Below, one piece after another: positions 7,391 through 15,545 of a DNA stretch of 32,000 nt (the stretch's first letter is position 1; each line of letters opens with the position of its first letter). A program made the position numbers and the translations under genes. The notes beneath the pieces were generated by a model that worked only from the letters and a program-made list of their open reading frames with translations, did not search any database and was not told the origin of the DNA. Source of the DNA: an uncultured Actinomycetes bacterium (GTDB lineage Bacteria > Actinomycetota > Thermoleophilia > UBA2241); NCBI GenBank assembly GCA_963767005.1, contig CAVYCN010000004.1, positions 441,301 through 473,300 on the forward strand, read 5' to 3'.

Positions 7391-10372
7391 TCACCCGCTC
7401 ACGCGCACGGCGAGGATCTGCACGTCGTCGCGCAGCCCGTCGGCGTAGCGCTCCACCGCTGCGCCGACGCCCTGCGCCACGGCCTGCACATCGCCGTCGC
7501 GCAGCTCGTCCATGACGTCGAGCAGACGCCGTTCGCCGAACATCTCGCGGCGGCGGCGCGCCTCGGTCACGCCGTCGGTGTACAGCAGCAGGGTGTCGCC
7601 GGCGAGCAATGGGAGCTGGCGCACCGAGAAGCTCGCCGGAAAGGCGCCGAGCGGCGGGTGGAACGGCAGCTCGAGCAGCTCGGCGCGCGCCCCCCTGCGG
7701 ACGAGGACCGGTGGCGGATGGCCGGCGCTTGCCAGCACGGCCTGTCCGCGTGCGACGTCGACCGCGAGGAGCAAGGCGGTCACGAGCTGGCCGTGGCCCG
7801 GCTCGTGCAGCAGCAGGTCGTTGACGTGTCGAAGCACGTACTCGGGCGACGGGGTGATGAGCGTCAGCACACGCATGGCGCTGCGCACCGTCTCGGTCAT
7901 GCCGGCGGCGCCGATGCCCTTGCCTGTGACGTCGCCGATCAGCAGGGCCACAAGGCCTTTCCGGGCGACAAGCACGTCGTGAAAGTCGCCGCCCACGAGG
8001 TCGGGACGGTTGGCGGGGCGCGAGACAGCGGCCAGCTCGAGCCCCTCCACCCGGGGCATGGGGTGGATGAGGTGCGCCTGCAGCACGGTCGCGATATCGC
8101 GTTGGGTCTCGAAGAGACGGGCGTTCTCGAGGCCGGTCGTGGCCGCGGCCGCGATCGCTTCGAGCAGAGTGAGCTCGTCGGGCGCCACGTCGTGGACCCG
8201 CTTCCAGGCGGCGAACAGCGTGCCGATCGCGTTGCCGCCGGCCCGGAGCGGCAGGATGGCGAAGGCGCGCACGCCGGTCGCCTGCGCAGCGCGCCGCGAG
8301 GTCCTGGTCACCTCTTGGACCTGCGCGTCGGCGCCGACGCGCGGCTGGCCTGTCCTGAAGCAGATCGCCGTCTCGCGGTCGGCGCCGACCGGCATCGACC
8401 CCTCGACCTGGAGTCGACCGGAAGGGTCGAACGTGGCGACAGGCTCGAGCGACCTGCCGTTCGCGTCGGCCAGGCGGATCTGCACCTGATCGGCGTCGAG
8501 CAGGCGGCGGACCTCGTCGACCACCGCGCCGGCGGCTGTGGCGACGTCGAGCGACGCCGACGCCGACTCGGCCACCCTGCGCAGCACCTGGAGTTGCCTG
8601 CTGCGCCGTTCCTCGGCCTCGCGTGACGCGACCTCCGCCTCGAGCAGGCGGGCGTTGTCGAGGGCGAGCGAGACGGTGGCGCCGAGCTTGCGCCCGAAGT
8701 CCGTCTCGGCGGGGCTGAACGCACGCGGGGTCTTGCCGTAGGCGAGCAGGCAGCCGGTCACCTGTTCGCGGACCAGCAGCGGCACGCCGAGGACCGACCG
8801 CAGTCGGTGTTCGCGGACGAAGCCAACGTCGAAGGCGGAATCGTGCATGTCGGCGATCGCGAGGAGGCTCCTGGTCTCCTCGGCGCGCACGGCGATGGGT
8901 GCCACCTCGTCGGGCAGGAGCGCGCCGGTGGCCGACGGATCGAGGCCATACTGGTAACGGACCAGCCAGCCGCCGGCGGCGCGGATCTCGATGGCGCCGG
9001 CGTCGAGGCGCAGCGCACGCACGCCGGCGTCGAGGGCGCGCTGCATGATCTCGTCGGCGGTGAACGTGGCATGGACGAGCCGGTTGATCCCGTTGAGCGC
9101 CTCGCTCAGCCGCACCCGCTCGGCGAGCTCCGGGGTCTGCGAGCGCAGCTCATCGGCCTGGAGTCGCAGCTCCTCGCCCTGCGCCCGCTCGGCCGTGACG
9201 TCGGTGTGCAGCGCGAGGTTGGCGACGTGTGTGCCGGATTTGTCGTGCAGCGGGCTTGCGTTGAAGCGCGTCCAGAGAGTGCCGCCGTCGCTGCGGAGAA
9301 AGGCGAACTCGCCGGTCGCGATCTCGCCGCCGCCGAGCTTGTGGCGGAGCGCGTCGACGTCGCCGCGCCACTCCGGCGAGGCGAAGTCGGTGCTCGACTT
9401 GCCGAGGATCTCCTCGACGGGGTAGCCGAGCATCTCGGCCATGCGTGGATTGACGTAGGTGTACGCACCGTCGAGCCGGGCGATGGCGACGCCCTCGGCG
9501 GCCGTCTCGACGATCGTGCGGTATCGCTCCTCGCTATCCTGCAGGCGCCCGAGAAGCTCGTCGCGGTCGGCCTCACGCCGCTTGCGCGCACCGATCTCGA
9601 TGCTGAACTGGTTGATGCCGTGGACGGTCGGATAGAGGCGCTGCTCGAACCAGGTCTCGAGCGGCGGGAACCAGAACTCGTAGCGGCTCGCGATACCGAG
9701 GTGCATGGCGTCGAGCAGGCGCCGCTCGACGTCGGTCCCCACTATGTCGGGGAACAGGTCCCACAACGAGTGGCCCAGCAACTCGGCGGGCGTCAGGCCG
9801 GTCATCTCGCAGAAGCTGCGATTGACGTACAGGTGGTGGAACTCCCAATCGAGCGCCGCGAAGAGCTCGTCGATGTCCTCGAGGAACGTGGGTTGGCCCG
9901 ACGGGTCGAACGCGGGGATGGCGCTCGGCGCGGCGTCCGGCGCCGCGACCGCGTCGCGCTTGACCAGCCGCACCTGGAGGCCGCAGTCGCTGGACAGGGC
10001 GACCTCGTCGCAAAGCCGCGAGATCAGGAACAAGCCGCGGCCGTGGTCGAGGCTGGGGTCGGGCACTCGGTCGGGCGTGAAGGCAGCCACGTCGAAACCG
10101 TGGCCCGCATCCTTCACCGTGGCGATCACATGGCCGTCGTCGAAGCTCAGGGAGATCTCGATCTCGGCGCGAGAGCCGCTGTGGCGGATGGCGTTGGTGC
10201 AGGCTTCCTCGATGGCGAGCACGAGGTCGTGAACGGTGGCGGCCTCGGCGCAGTGCCCGCTCAGATACTCGCGCAGCCGTTCGCGGGCGCGCGCCAGATG
10301 GGCCGGGTCGGGAGCCAGGCGAAAGCGCAGCCGCGGCCCAACGTTCGTTCGTCTGGAGAAGCTGTCGGTCAC
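7391..10372 (-). CDS. Multidomain PP2C/SpoIIE-type phosphatase: N-terminal RsbW-like ATPase, PAS domains, GAF domains, C-terminal SpoIIE
   Basis: IEEACTNAIRHS and DHGRGLFLI (HATPase_c_2); EMTGLTPAELLGHSLWDLFPD and EMLGYPVEEILGKSSTDF (PAS); SVLGVPLLVREQVTG (GAF); LVGGDFHDV, GDVTGKGIGAAG, DTLLLYTDGVTEAR (SpoIIE). Confidence 0.93.
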   Translation of the reverse strand: MTDSFSRRTNVGPRLRFRLAPDPAHLARARERLREYLSGHCAEAATVHDLVLAIEEACTNAIRHSGSRAEIEISLSFDDGHVIATVKDAGHGFDVAAFTPDRVPDPSLDHGRGLFLISRLCDEVALSSDCGLQVRLVKRDAVAAPDAAPSAIPAFDPSGQPTFLEDIDELFAALDWEFHHLYVNRSFCEMTGLTPAELLGHSLWDLFPDIVGTDVERRLLDAMHLGIASRYEFWFPPLETWFEQRLYPTVHGINQFSIEIGARKRREADRDELLGRLQDSEERYRTIVETAAEGVAIARLDGAYTYVNPRMAEMLGYPVEEILGKSSTDFASPEWRGDVDALRHKLGGGEIATGEFAFLRSDGGTLWTRFNASPLHDKSGTHVANLALHTDVTAERAQGEELRLQADELRSQTPELAERVRLSEALNGINRLVHATFTADEIMQRALDAGVRALRLDAGAIEIRAAGGWLVRYQYGLDPSATGALLPDEVAPIAVRAEETRSLLAIADMHDSAFDVGFVREHRLRSVLGVPLLVREQVTGCLLAYGKTPRAFSPAETDFGRKLGATVSLALDNARLLEAEVASREAEERRSRQLQVLRRVAESASASLDVATAAGAVVDEVRRLLDADQVQIRLADANGRSLEPVATFDPSGRLQVEGSMPVGADRETAICFRTGQPRVGADAQVQEVTRTSRRAAQATGVRAFAILPLRAGGNAIGTLFAAWKRVHDVAPDELTLLEAIAAAATTGLENARLFETQRDIATVLQAHLIHPMPRVEGLELAAVSRPANRPDLVGGDFHDVLVARKGLVALLIGDVTGKGIGAAGMTETVRSAMRVLTLITPSPEYVLRHVNDLLLHEPGHGQLVTALLLAVDVARGQAVLASAGHPPPVLVRRGARAELLELPFHPPLGAFPASFSVRQLPLLAGDTLLLYTDGVTEARRRREMFGERRLLDVMDELRDGDVQAVAQGVGAAVERYADGLRDDVQILAVRVSG

Positions 10373-10440
10373 GCCTTGCCCGCTCGAGTGACGACCTTCG
10401 CGGTCAGCCTACTGCCGTCGGCGGAGAGTGACGACCGTTC

Positions 10441-10482
10441 GTCGTCGGCGGGGAGTCAGGCGTCGTCGGCGGGGAGTCAGGC
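10441..10482. repeat. Two exact 21-bp tandem copies (GTCGTCGGCGGGGAGTCAGGC)
   Basis: 10441-10461 and 10462-10482 are identical; a degenerate related copy lies near 10415-10435. Confidence 0.8.
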
Positions 10483-11433
10483 GCCGGCGGCGCCTGACGT
10501 CAGCCGGCCGGCGCCGCTCGACCGGCGGGCGGTCTCGAGCTGCGCCAGCGTGGGGATGCCCGTGTTGCCGAGCCGGGTGGCCTTCAGCGCCGCCGCCCAG
10601 GCGGCGAGGTCGAAGCACTCGGGCACCGGCAGGCCGCGCGCCAGCGCCCAGGCGTAGGCGCCGTGGAAGGTGTCGCCGGCTCCGTTCGAGTCGACGGCGG
10701 CGACCGGCGCGGCATCCCAGCGCCCCCTGCACTCGGGTGCGTCGCCTGTGGCAAAGACTCCGCCCCTGGCGCCCTGGGTCACGCCGAACACCTTCCGGCA
10801 GGAGGTGCCCCACGACTCGGCCGCCGCCCGCTCCGCGGGGTGTCCCGTCAGCTTCAGCACGTACTTCTCGGGCGCTATCACATGGTCGGAGCGGCCCATC
10901 AGCCCTTCGGTCCACGGCCGCCCCGATCCGGTGTCCAGCACCGTGGTCACCCCACGTCGCCGGCATTCGTCGAGCGCCGCGTTCGCCAGGACGCCGTCGG
11001 TCGCGTCGAGCAGGGCGACGTCGACGCCGTCGAGGAACTCGGGAAGGCGCCGGGTCATGCGCTCGTCGGCCATCGGCTGGGGCAGCCAGATGATCGTCCG
11101 CGTCGCCTCTGCTCGCGCGACGATCACGGCCGAGTGCTGCGAGGGCTGGTCGTAGGCGACCCAGGTACACTCGACGCCCTCGGCCTCGAGCCCGGACTTG
11201 AGGACCTGAGCGTGGAGGTCGCTCCCGCAGGCAGCCAGCAGCCTGGCCGTGCCGCCGAGCCGGCGCGCGGCGACCGCGCCGCGGCCGGCCACGCCGCCCA
11301 CGACGGTCTGGTGGTCGAGCGCGCGGGTGACCGAGTCGGCCTGCGGATGGTCTTCGAGGACGTAGAGGTAGTCCACCGTCGCCATGCCGATCATCGCGAC
11401 AACGGGTGCGCGATCCAGTCGCGGTCCAGCCAC
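10477..11433 (-). CDS. PfkB-family sugar/nucleoside kinase; start could be slightly internal
   Basis: VVAMIGMATVDYLYVLEDHP, VVGGVAGRGAVAARRLGG, and C-terminal AAVDSNGAGDTFHGAYAWAL matching the PfkB DTxGAGD signature (here DSNGAGD). Confidence 0.88.
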   Translation of the reverse strand: MAGPRLDRAPVVAMIGMATVDYLYVLEDHPQADSVTRALDHQTVVGGVAGRGAVAARRLGGTARLLAACGSDLHAQVLKSGLEAEGVECTWVAYDQPSQHSAVIVARAEATRTIIWLPQPMADERMTRRLPEFLDGVDVALLDATDGVLANAALDECRRRGVTTVLDTGSGRPWTEGLMGRSDHVIAPEKYVLKLTGHPAERAAAESWGTSCRKVFGVTQGARGGVFATGDAPECRGRWDAAPVAAVDSNGAGDTFHGAYAWALARGLPVPECFDLAAWAAALKATRLGNTGIPTLAQLETARRSSGAGRLTSGAAGA

Positions 11434-11564
11434 TCGCTACCTCCCTGCGTACCCGACGCCGCGGGCCTTTCGGGCTTCCTCTCTGCGCATCGGAGCTCGC
11501 CCCCCATCAGGATATCGCGGACGGCCCCGTCCTTGGTCTTGACCTTTGCGGCGGCTAGGCCGAC

Positions 11565-12195
11565 TCTCACTCGGTGGTCGTCAGCACCGCATACTGGCGC
11601 AAGACGCTGGCGGGCTGGAAGGACGTCTTTGCGAAGTGTCTGGACGGCAGGGACCTCGAACACGTGGTCCACGCCAGCGTCTGCTTCGACTACCGCCAGG
11701 CGGCCGGCGGACTGTACGTGACCCAGGCGCTGACCGACATCATGCGCGAGGCGCCGGCTCACCCCCGGTTTCTGCAGTGGCTCGCGCGCCTGGGCTCGGA
11801 CATCGCCGCGTCCGTCGGGGGTTCCGGCACAAGCTCGACGCCGTCGTCGACATCAAGGACGGCGGCCTGCTGCCCATCCAGAACATGGCCCGCTACCACG
11901 CGCTGGCGCGCGGCGTCACCATCCAGGCGACGCTCGAGCGCCTGGCCGCCGTCTGCGGTTTGGACGCCGAGGGCGCCGAGTGCGACCGCACCCTGCGCGA
12001 GGCCTCTCTCACCATCAAGCAGCTCCAGCTCGGCCCCACGGTGAGGCTGTACGCGCGGGACGCGCGCCCGACAACACGCTCGACACGCGCGGGCTGCGAC
12101 CGCTCGTCGGCGCGAACCTGCAGGAGGCGCTGCGCGCGCTCGCAGCGGCGCAGGCCCACGTGCAGCGCGCCTCCGGAGGGCGGCGCGGGGTCTGA
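11565..12195 (+). pseudogene. Truncated and multiply frameshifted remnant of the C-terminal domain of a DUF294-type putative nucleotidyltransferase
   Basis: Homology-like text passes through all three forward frames: STAYWRKTLAGWKDVFAKCLDGRDLEHVVHASVCFDYRQAAGG (frame of 11574), then HKLDAVVDIKDGGLLPIQNMARYHALARGVTIQATLERLAAVCG (frame of 11546), then RPLVGANLQEALRALAAAQAHVQR (frame of 11980). Confidence 0.65.
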
Positions 12196-12233
12196 TCGGC
12201 GTGCCGGCCGACCCGTGTTTCGACTGCTTGCGC

Positions 12234-12605
12234 CTACTTCTTGCGGACGACCACGCTCACGCCCGGGCTCGTGAACCTGTAGCCGGCGGCCGTGTAGGTG
12301 GCGACGAAGCGCCACAAGCGGCCCCCATGAGACCGCCAGGTCCATCGGAAGGTGCCGGGGCTCGTCAGCCTCAGGCGGCGCAGCACGGTGAGCCAGCCGT
12401 GGAGACGACGGCTGAGGCAGACGGTCCGGGTCGCGGTCAGCGAGTTCGTGACCGCTCCGCCGATGACGACGGTCTTGCCCGCGACCACGCTGCTGCGTGA
12501 GACCCGCAGGCTGAGCGATGGTGCCGCCGGCGAACGGCGGCTCGATTGCGAGGCTCGAGCGTAGGCTCGCCTCAGGTTCAGCTGCCTCGATGGCCACACC
12601 CCCAC
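12234..12605 (-). other. Possible remnant of a secreted protein Ig-like/beta-sandwich domain
   Basis: LSLRVSRSSVVAGKTVVIGGAVTN...RRLHGWLTVLRRLRLTSPGTFRWTWRSHGGRLWRFVATYTAAGYRFTSPGVSVVVRKK resembles the repetitive Ig-like domains of actinobacterial secreted proteins; no signal peptide in frame. Confidence 0.4.
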
Positions 12606-12634
12606 CGACGGCCGGAGGCGGCCCTCGGTCGTTG

Positions 12635-13360
12635 CTATCGGGACGGCGGCGCTTCGAATCTCGTCGTCAACGACGTCCCCGCCATGCCCTCGAGGAGCCT
12701 GTCGTAGTCGTAGGGCACACGCACGAATTCGGCCAACGTCTCGCCGGTTTCAAGCCTCTCGGGTTGGACGATGGCGTAACACACACGCCAATCGCCGTCT
12801 TTGGGGCGCCCGCCGCTGCCGACGTTGATGAAGGCCGTGCCGCCGACCTCGCGGACGTAGGGGATGTGGGTGTGGCCAAAGATGATCGCCCGGTAGGGGT
12901 CTGCCTCGGCGAGACGGGCAAGGCTCGTCTCGGGGCGGTCCTCGAAAAGGTACTCATTGATACGCCGCGGACTGCCGTGCACGGCGAGCAGCTCGCCGGC
13001 GGGCGTCTCGAGCACGAAACGATCTTCGAGCGTACGCAGGTAGGCGCGCGTCTCGGGGCTCGTCGCTTGCTCTGTCCAGGCCAGAGAGGCGGCGCCTTCG
13101 GCGCGCTGCTCGTCGGTCTTGTAGGCGCAGCCACAGTCGCCGGTCTCAAATCCGACCCCCTGGTCGTAGTTGCCCATCACGGTGGGGATGGCGCGCTCGC
13201 GCAGAAGCTGGGAGACCTCGTTGGGGAAGGGACCGTAGCCTACGAGGTCACCCAGGCAGAGCACATCGGGCACACCTCGTTGCTGGACATCGTCGAGGAT
13301 GGCCTCGAGGGCGGGGAGGTTGCCGTGCACGTCTGAGAACACCGCGATCGGCCCGTTCAT
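12635..13360 (-). CDS. Calcineurin-like metallophosphoesterase
   Basis: IAVFSDVHGNLPALEAIL, CLGDLVGYGPFPNEV, MGNYDQ, LAVHGSPR, IIFGHTHIPYVREV. Likely start MNGPIAVF with CAT at 13358-13360. Confidence 0.92.
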   Translation of the reverse strand: MNGPIAVFSDVHGNLPALEAILDDVQQRGVPDVLCLGDLVGYGPFPNEVSQLLRERAIPTVMGNYDQGVGFETGDCGCAYKTDEQRAEGAASLAWTEQATSPETRAYLRTLEDRFVLETPAGELLAVHGSPRRINEYLFEDRPETSLARLAEADPYRAIIFGHTHIPYVREVGGTAFINVGSGGRPKDGDWRVCYAIVQPERLETGETLAEFVRVPYDYDRLLEGMAGTSLTTRFEAPPSR

Positions 13361-13382
13361 CGTGAGGCGCTTCACGGCGTAC

Positions 13383-13817
13383 TCACCGCGCGGCAAGCTC
13401 GTCGAGCCATTCGCGGATACGCATCTCGATGGCGTCGCGGACCTCTCGATAGACCGGCAGGCGCTCATCGGGGTCGCCCTGGACGGCGTCCGGGTCGGGA
13501 AACGGCCAGTGCAGCCTCGTGCCCATACCGGGGAACGTCTTGGGACACTCGCGGTTCGCTCGCTCGCAGACCGTGATCACAAAGCCGAAGTGGACTTTGC
13601 CGAGGAACTCGGAGAGGTCCTTGGCGCGCGCGCCGCTGATGTCGATGCCGCGCTCAGCCATGGCCTCGATGGCAAGGGGGTCGACGGTGGTGGCCTCCAG
13701 GCCGGCACTGAACGCCTCGAAGCGATCCGGCGCCAGCTCACGCAGGAACGCCTCGGCCATCTGACTGCGGCAACTGTTGTGGACGCACATGAACAGCACC
13801 CTGGTCTTGTTGTCCAA
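13383..13817 (-). CDS. arsC: Arsenate reductase, low-molecular-weight-phosphatase (thioredoxin-coupled) type
   Basis: VLFMCVHNSCRSQMAEAFLRELAPDRFEAFSAGLEATTVDPLAIEAMAERGIDISG...VITVCERANRECPKTFPG...HWPFPDPDAVQG. Confidence 0.93.
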   Translation of the reverse strand: MDNKTRVLFMCVHNSCRSQMAEAFLRELAPDRFEAFSAGLEATTVDPLAIEAMAERGIDISGARAKDLSEFLGKVHFGFVITVCERANRECPKTFPGMGTRLHWPFPDPDAVQGDPDERLPVYREVRDAIEMRIREWLDELAAR

Positions 13818-13886
13818 ACCGACTCCTCCTCGGCGAGTTGATATCGCAGGCTACCCGGCCTGTGTCAGGAAACGATGAACTCGCCA

Positions 13887-13930
13887 ATCATAAACACACG
13901 TTGACCATAAATGGAAGTGTATGTGATAAT
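13887..13930 (+). promoter_or_regulatory. Promoter upstream of acr3 (TTGACC 13901-13906, 18-nt spacer, GATAAT 13925-13930) overlapped by a near-perfect inverted repeat, candidate ArsR operator
   Basis: ATCATAAACAC (13887-13897) and GTGTATGTGAT (13917-13927) are inverted repeats matching at 9/11 positions; AT-rich patch in a GC-rich region between divergent arsC and acr3. Confidence 0.6.
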
Positions 13931-13971
13931 CGGGGAGGTCAAACCGCTTGGATCTCAGGAGAAGACACCGC

Positions 13972-15162
13972 ATGGCGACCATGCCTAGGAAGCGCCTCTC
14001 GTTCCTCGATCGCTATCTCACCGCCTGGATCTTCCTGGCGATGGCGCTCGGCGTGTTTTTGGGCTGGACCTTTGCCGGCGTGCCCGCCTTCATCGATCGC
14101 TTCAAAGCGGGCACGACCAACATCCCCATCGCCTTCGGCCTGATCGTGATGATGTATCCGCCGCTTGCCAGGGTGCGCTACGAGGAGCTCGGCGACGTCT
14201 TTCGCGATTACAAGGTCCTCGGTCTCTCGCTCGTGCAGAACTGGGTGATTGGCCCGTTCCTCATGTTCTTCCTGGCGATCATCTTCCTGCACAACTACCC
14301 GCAGTTCATGGTGGGCCTCATCATGATCGGCCTGGCGCGCTGCATCGCCATGGTGATCGTCTGGAACCAGCTCGCCGACGGTGACACCGAGTACGCAGCC
14401 GGGCTGGTGGCTTTCAACGCGGTCTTCCAGGTGCTCTTCTACAGCCTCTTCGCCTGGGTCTTCGTGACCAGGCTGCCGCCGCTGTTCGGCCTGCACGGAG
14501 CCGCAGTCAACGTCTCGATCGGTCAGATCGCGAAGAGCGTCTTCATCTACCTCGGCATCCCGTTCCTGGCCGGCATGCTCACCCGCTACCTCGGGCTCAA
14601 GTACAAGGGCCGCCGCTGGTACGAGGAGACGTTCATACCGCGCATCAGCCCGCTGACACTGATCGCTCTGCTGTTCACGATCGTCGTCATGTTCAGCCTC
14701 AAGGGCCATCTCATCGTCAAGCTGCCGCTCGACGTCGTGCGCATCGCCATCCCGCTGCTCATCTACTTCGTCGTCATGTTCTTCGTGAGCTTCTACCTGG
14801 GCCGCAAGATCGGCGCCGACTACTCGAAGACCGCGACCCTGTCGTTCACGGCGGCCAGCAACAACTTCGAGCTCGCCATCGCCGTGAGCATCGCCGTGTT
14901 CGGGATCGGTTCGGGGGTGGCGTTTGCCGCCGTGATCGGGCCGCTTGTCGAAGTGCCGGTCATGATCGGCCTGGTCAACGTCGCCCTCTGGATGGGGCGC
15001 CGCTACTGGGCCCTGAGCGACGAACCCGTGCCGGCTGCGGTGGTCGCCGGCGTCGAGGAGGTCGCCTGCGACCCACCGAAGGAGCATGATCGCCCTGCCG
15101 TTCAGGCGTCCACAGATCCGCCCGCACAGCCTCGGCCCACAGCCAACCCGGAGGCGAGATGA
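13972..15162 (+). CDS. acr3: Arsenite efflux transporter, ACR3 family
   Basis: [100 protein letters not shown] upstream of ATG 13972. Confidence 0.95.
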   Translation: MATMPRKRLSFLDRYLTAWIFLAMALGVFLGWTFAGVPAFIDRFKAGTTNIPIAFGLIVMMYPPLARVRYEELGDVFRDYKVLGLSLVQNWVIGPFLMFFLAIIFLHNYPQFMVGLIMIGLARCIAMVIVWNQLADGDTEYAAGLVAFNAVFQVLFYSLFAWVFVTRLPPLFGLHGAAVNVSIGQIAKSVFIYLGIPFLAGMLTRYLGLKYKGRRWYEETFIPRISPLTLIALLFTIVVMFSLKGHLIVKLPLDVVRIAIPLLIYFVVMFFVSFYLGRKIGADYSKTATLSFTAASNNFELAIAVSIAVFGIGSGVAFAAVIGPLVEVPVMIGLVNVALWMGRRYWALSDEPVPAAVVAGVEEVACDPPKEHDRPAVQASTDPPAQPRPTANPEAR

Positions 15163-15545
15163 AAGTCGTCAGAGAGCCCGTGGCGCCCGACAGCCTTGTC
15201 GATGTGGTGCCGTTCTTCAAAGTGTTCTGTAACTCGACCCGTGCCCAGATCATCGACTTTCTGCTGAGAGGCGAACGCTGTGTCTGCGAGATGACCGGGC
15301 CGCTCGACCAGAGTCAGCCCCTGGTCTCCCATCACCTCGCCCTGCTGCGTGACGCCGGCATTGTGCGCATGCGCAGCGAGGGTGCGCGCACCTACTACTC
15401 CATCGACTGGGAGCGGTTCGACGGCGAGCTCAAGGGCTTCCTCGATTACGTCGGTCAGCGGCGCAGCGCACCGCACGACGCCGACGCCACGCGCAGCGCC
15501 TGTGCGGTAGCCGCCAAGCCGGCGAAGAAGCGCAACGCCTCATGA
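15159..15545 (+). CDS. arsR: ArsR-family metalloregulator
   Basis: [70 protein letters not shown] metal-binding-type motif; overlaps the acr3 stop. Confidence 0.93.
   Translation: MKVVREPVAPDSLVDVVPFFKVFCNSTRAQIIDFLLRGERCVCEMTGPLDQSQPLVSHHLALLRDAGIVRMRSEGARTYYSIDWERFDGELKGFLDYVGQRRSAPHDADATRSACAVAAKPAKKRNAS

Noticed and set aside
8807-10657. 616-aa plus-strand ORF opposite the SpoIIE protein
   Set aside because: Shadow ORF; the minus strand encodes recognisable ATPase, PAS, GAF and SpoIIE domains.
13939-15087. 382-aa antisense ORF opposite acr3
   Set aside because: Low-complexity H/D/E/R-rich shadow of a clear transporter gene.
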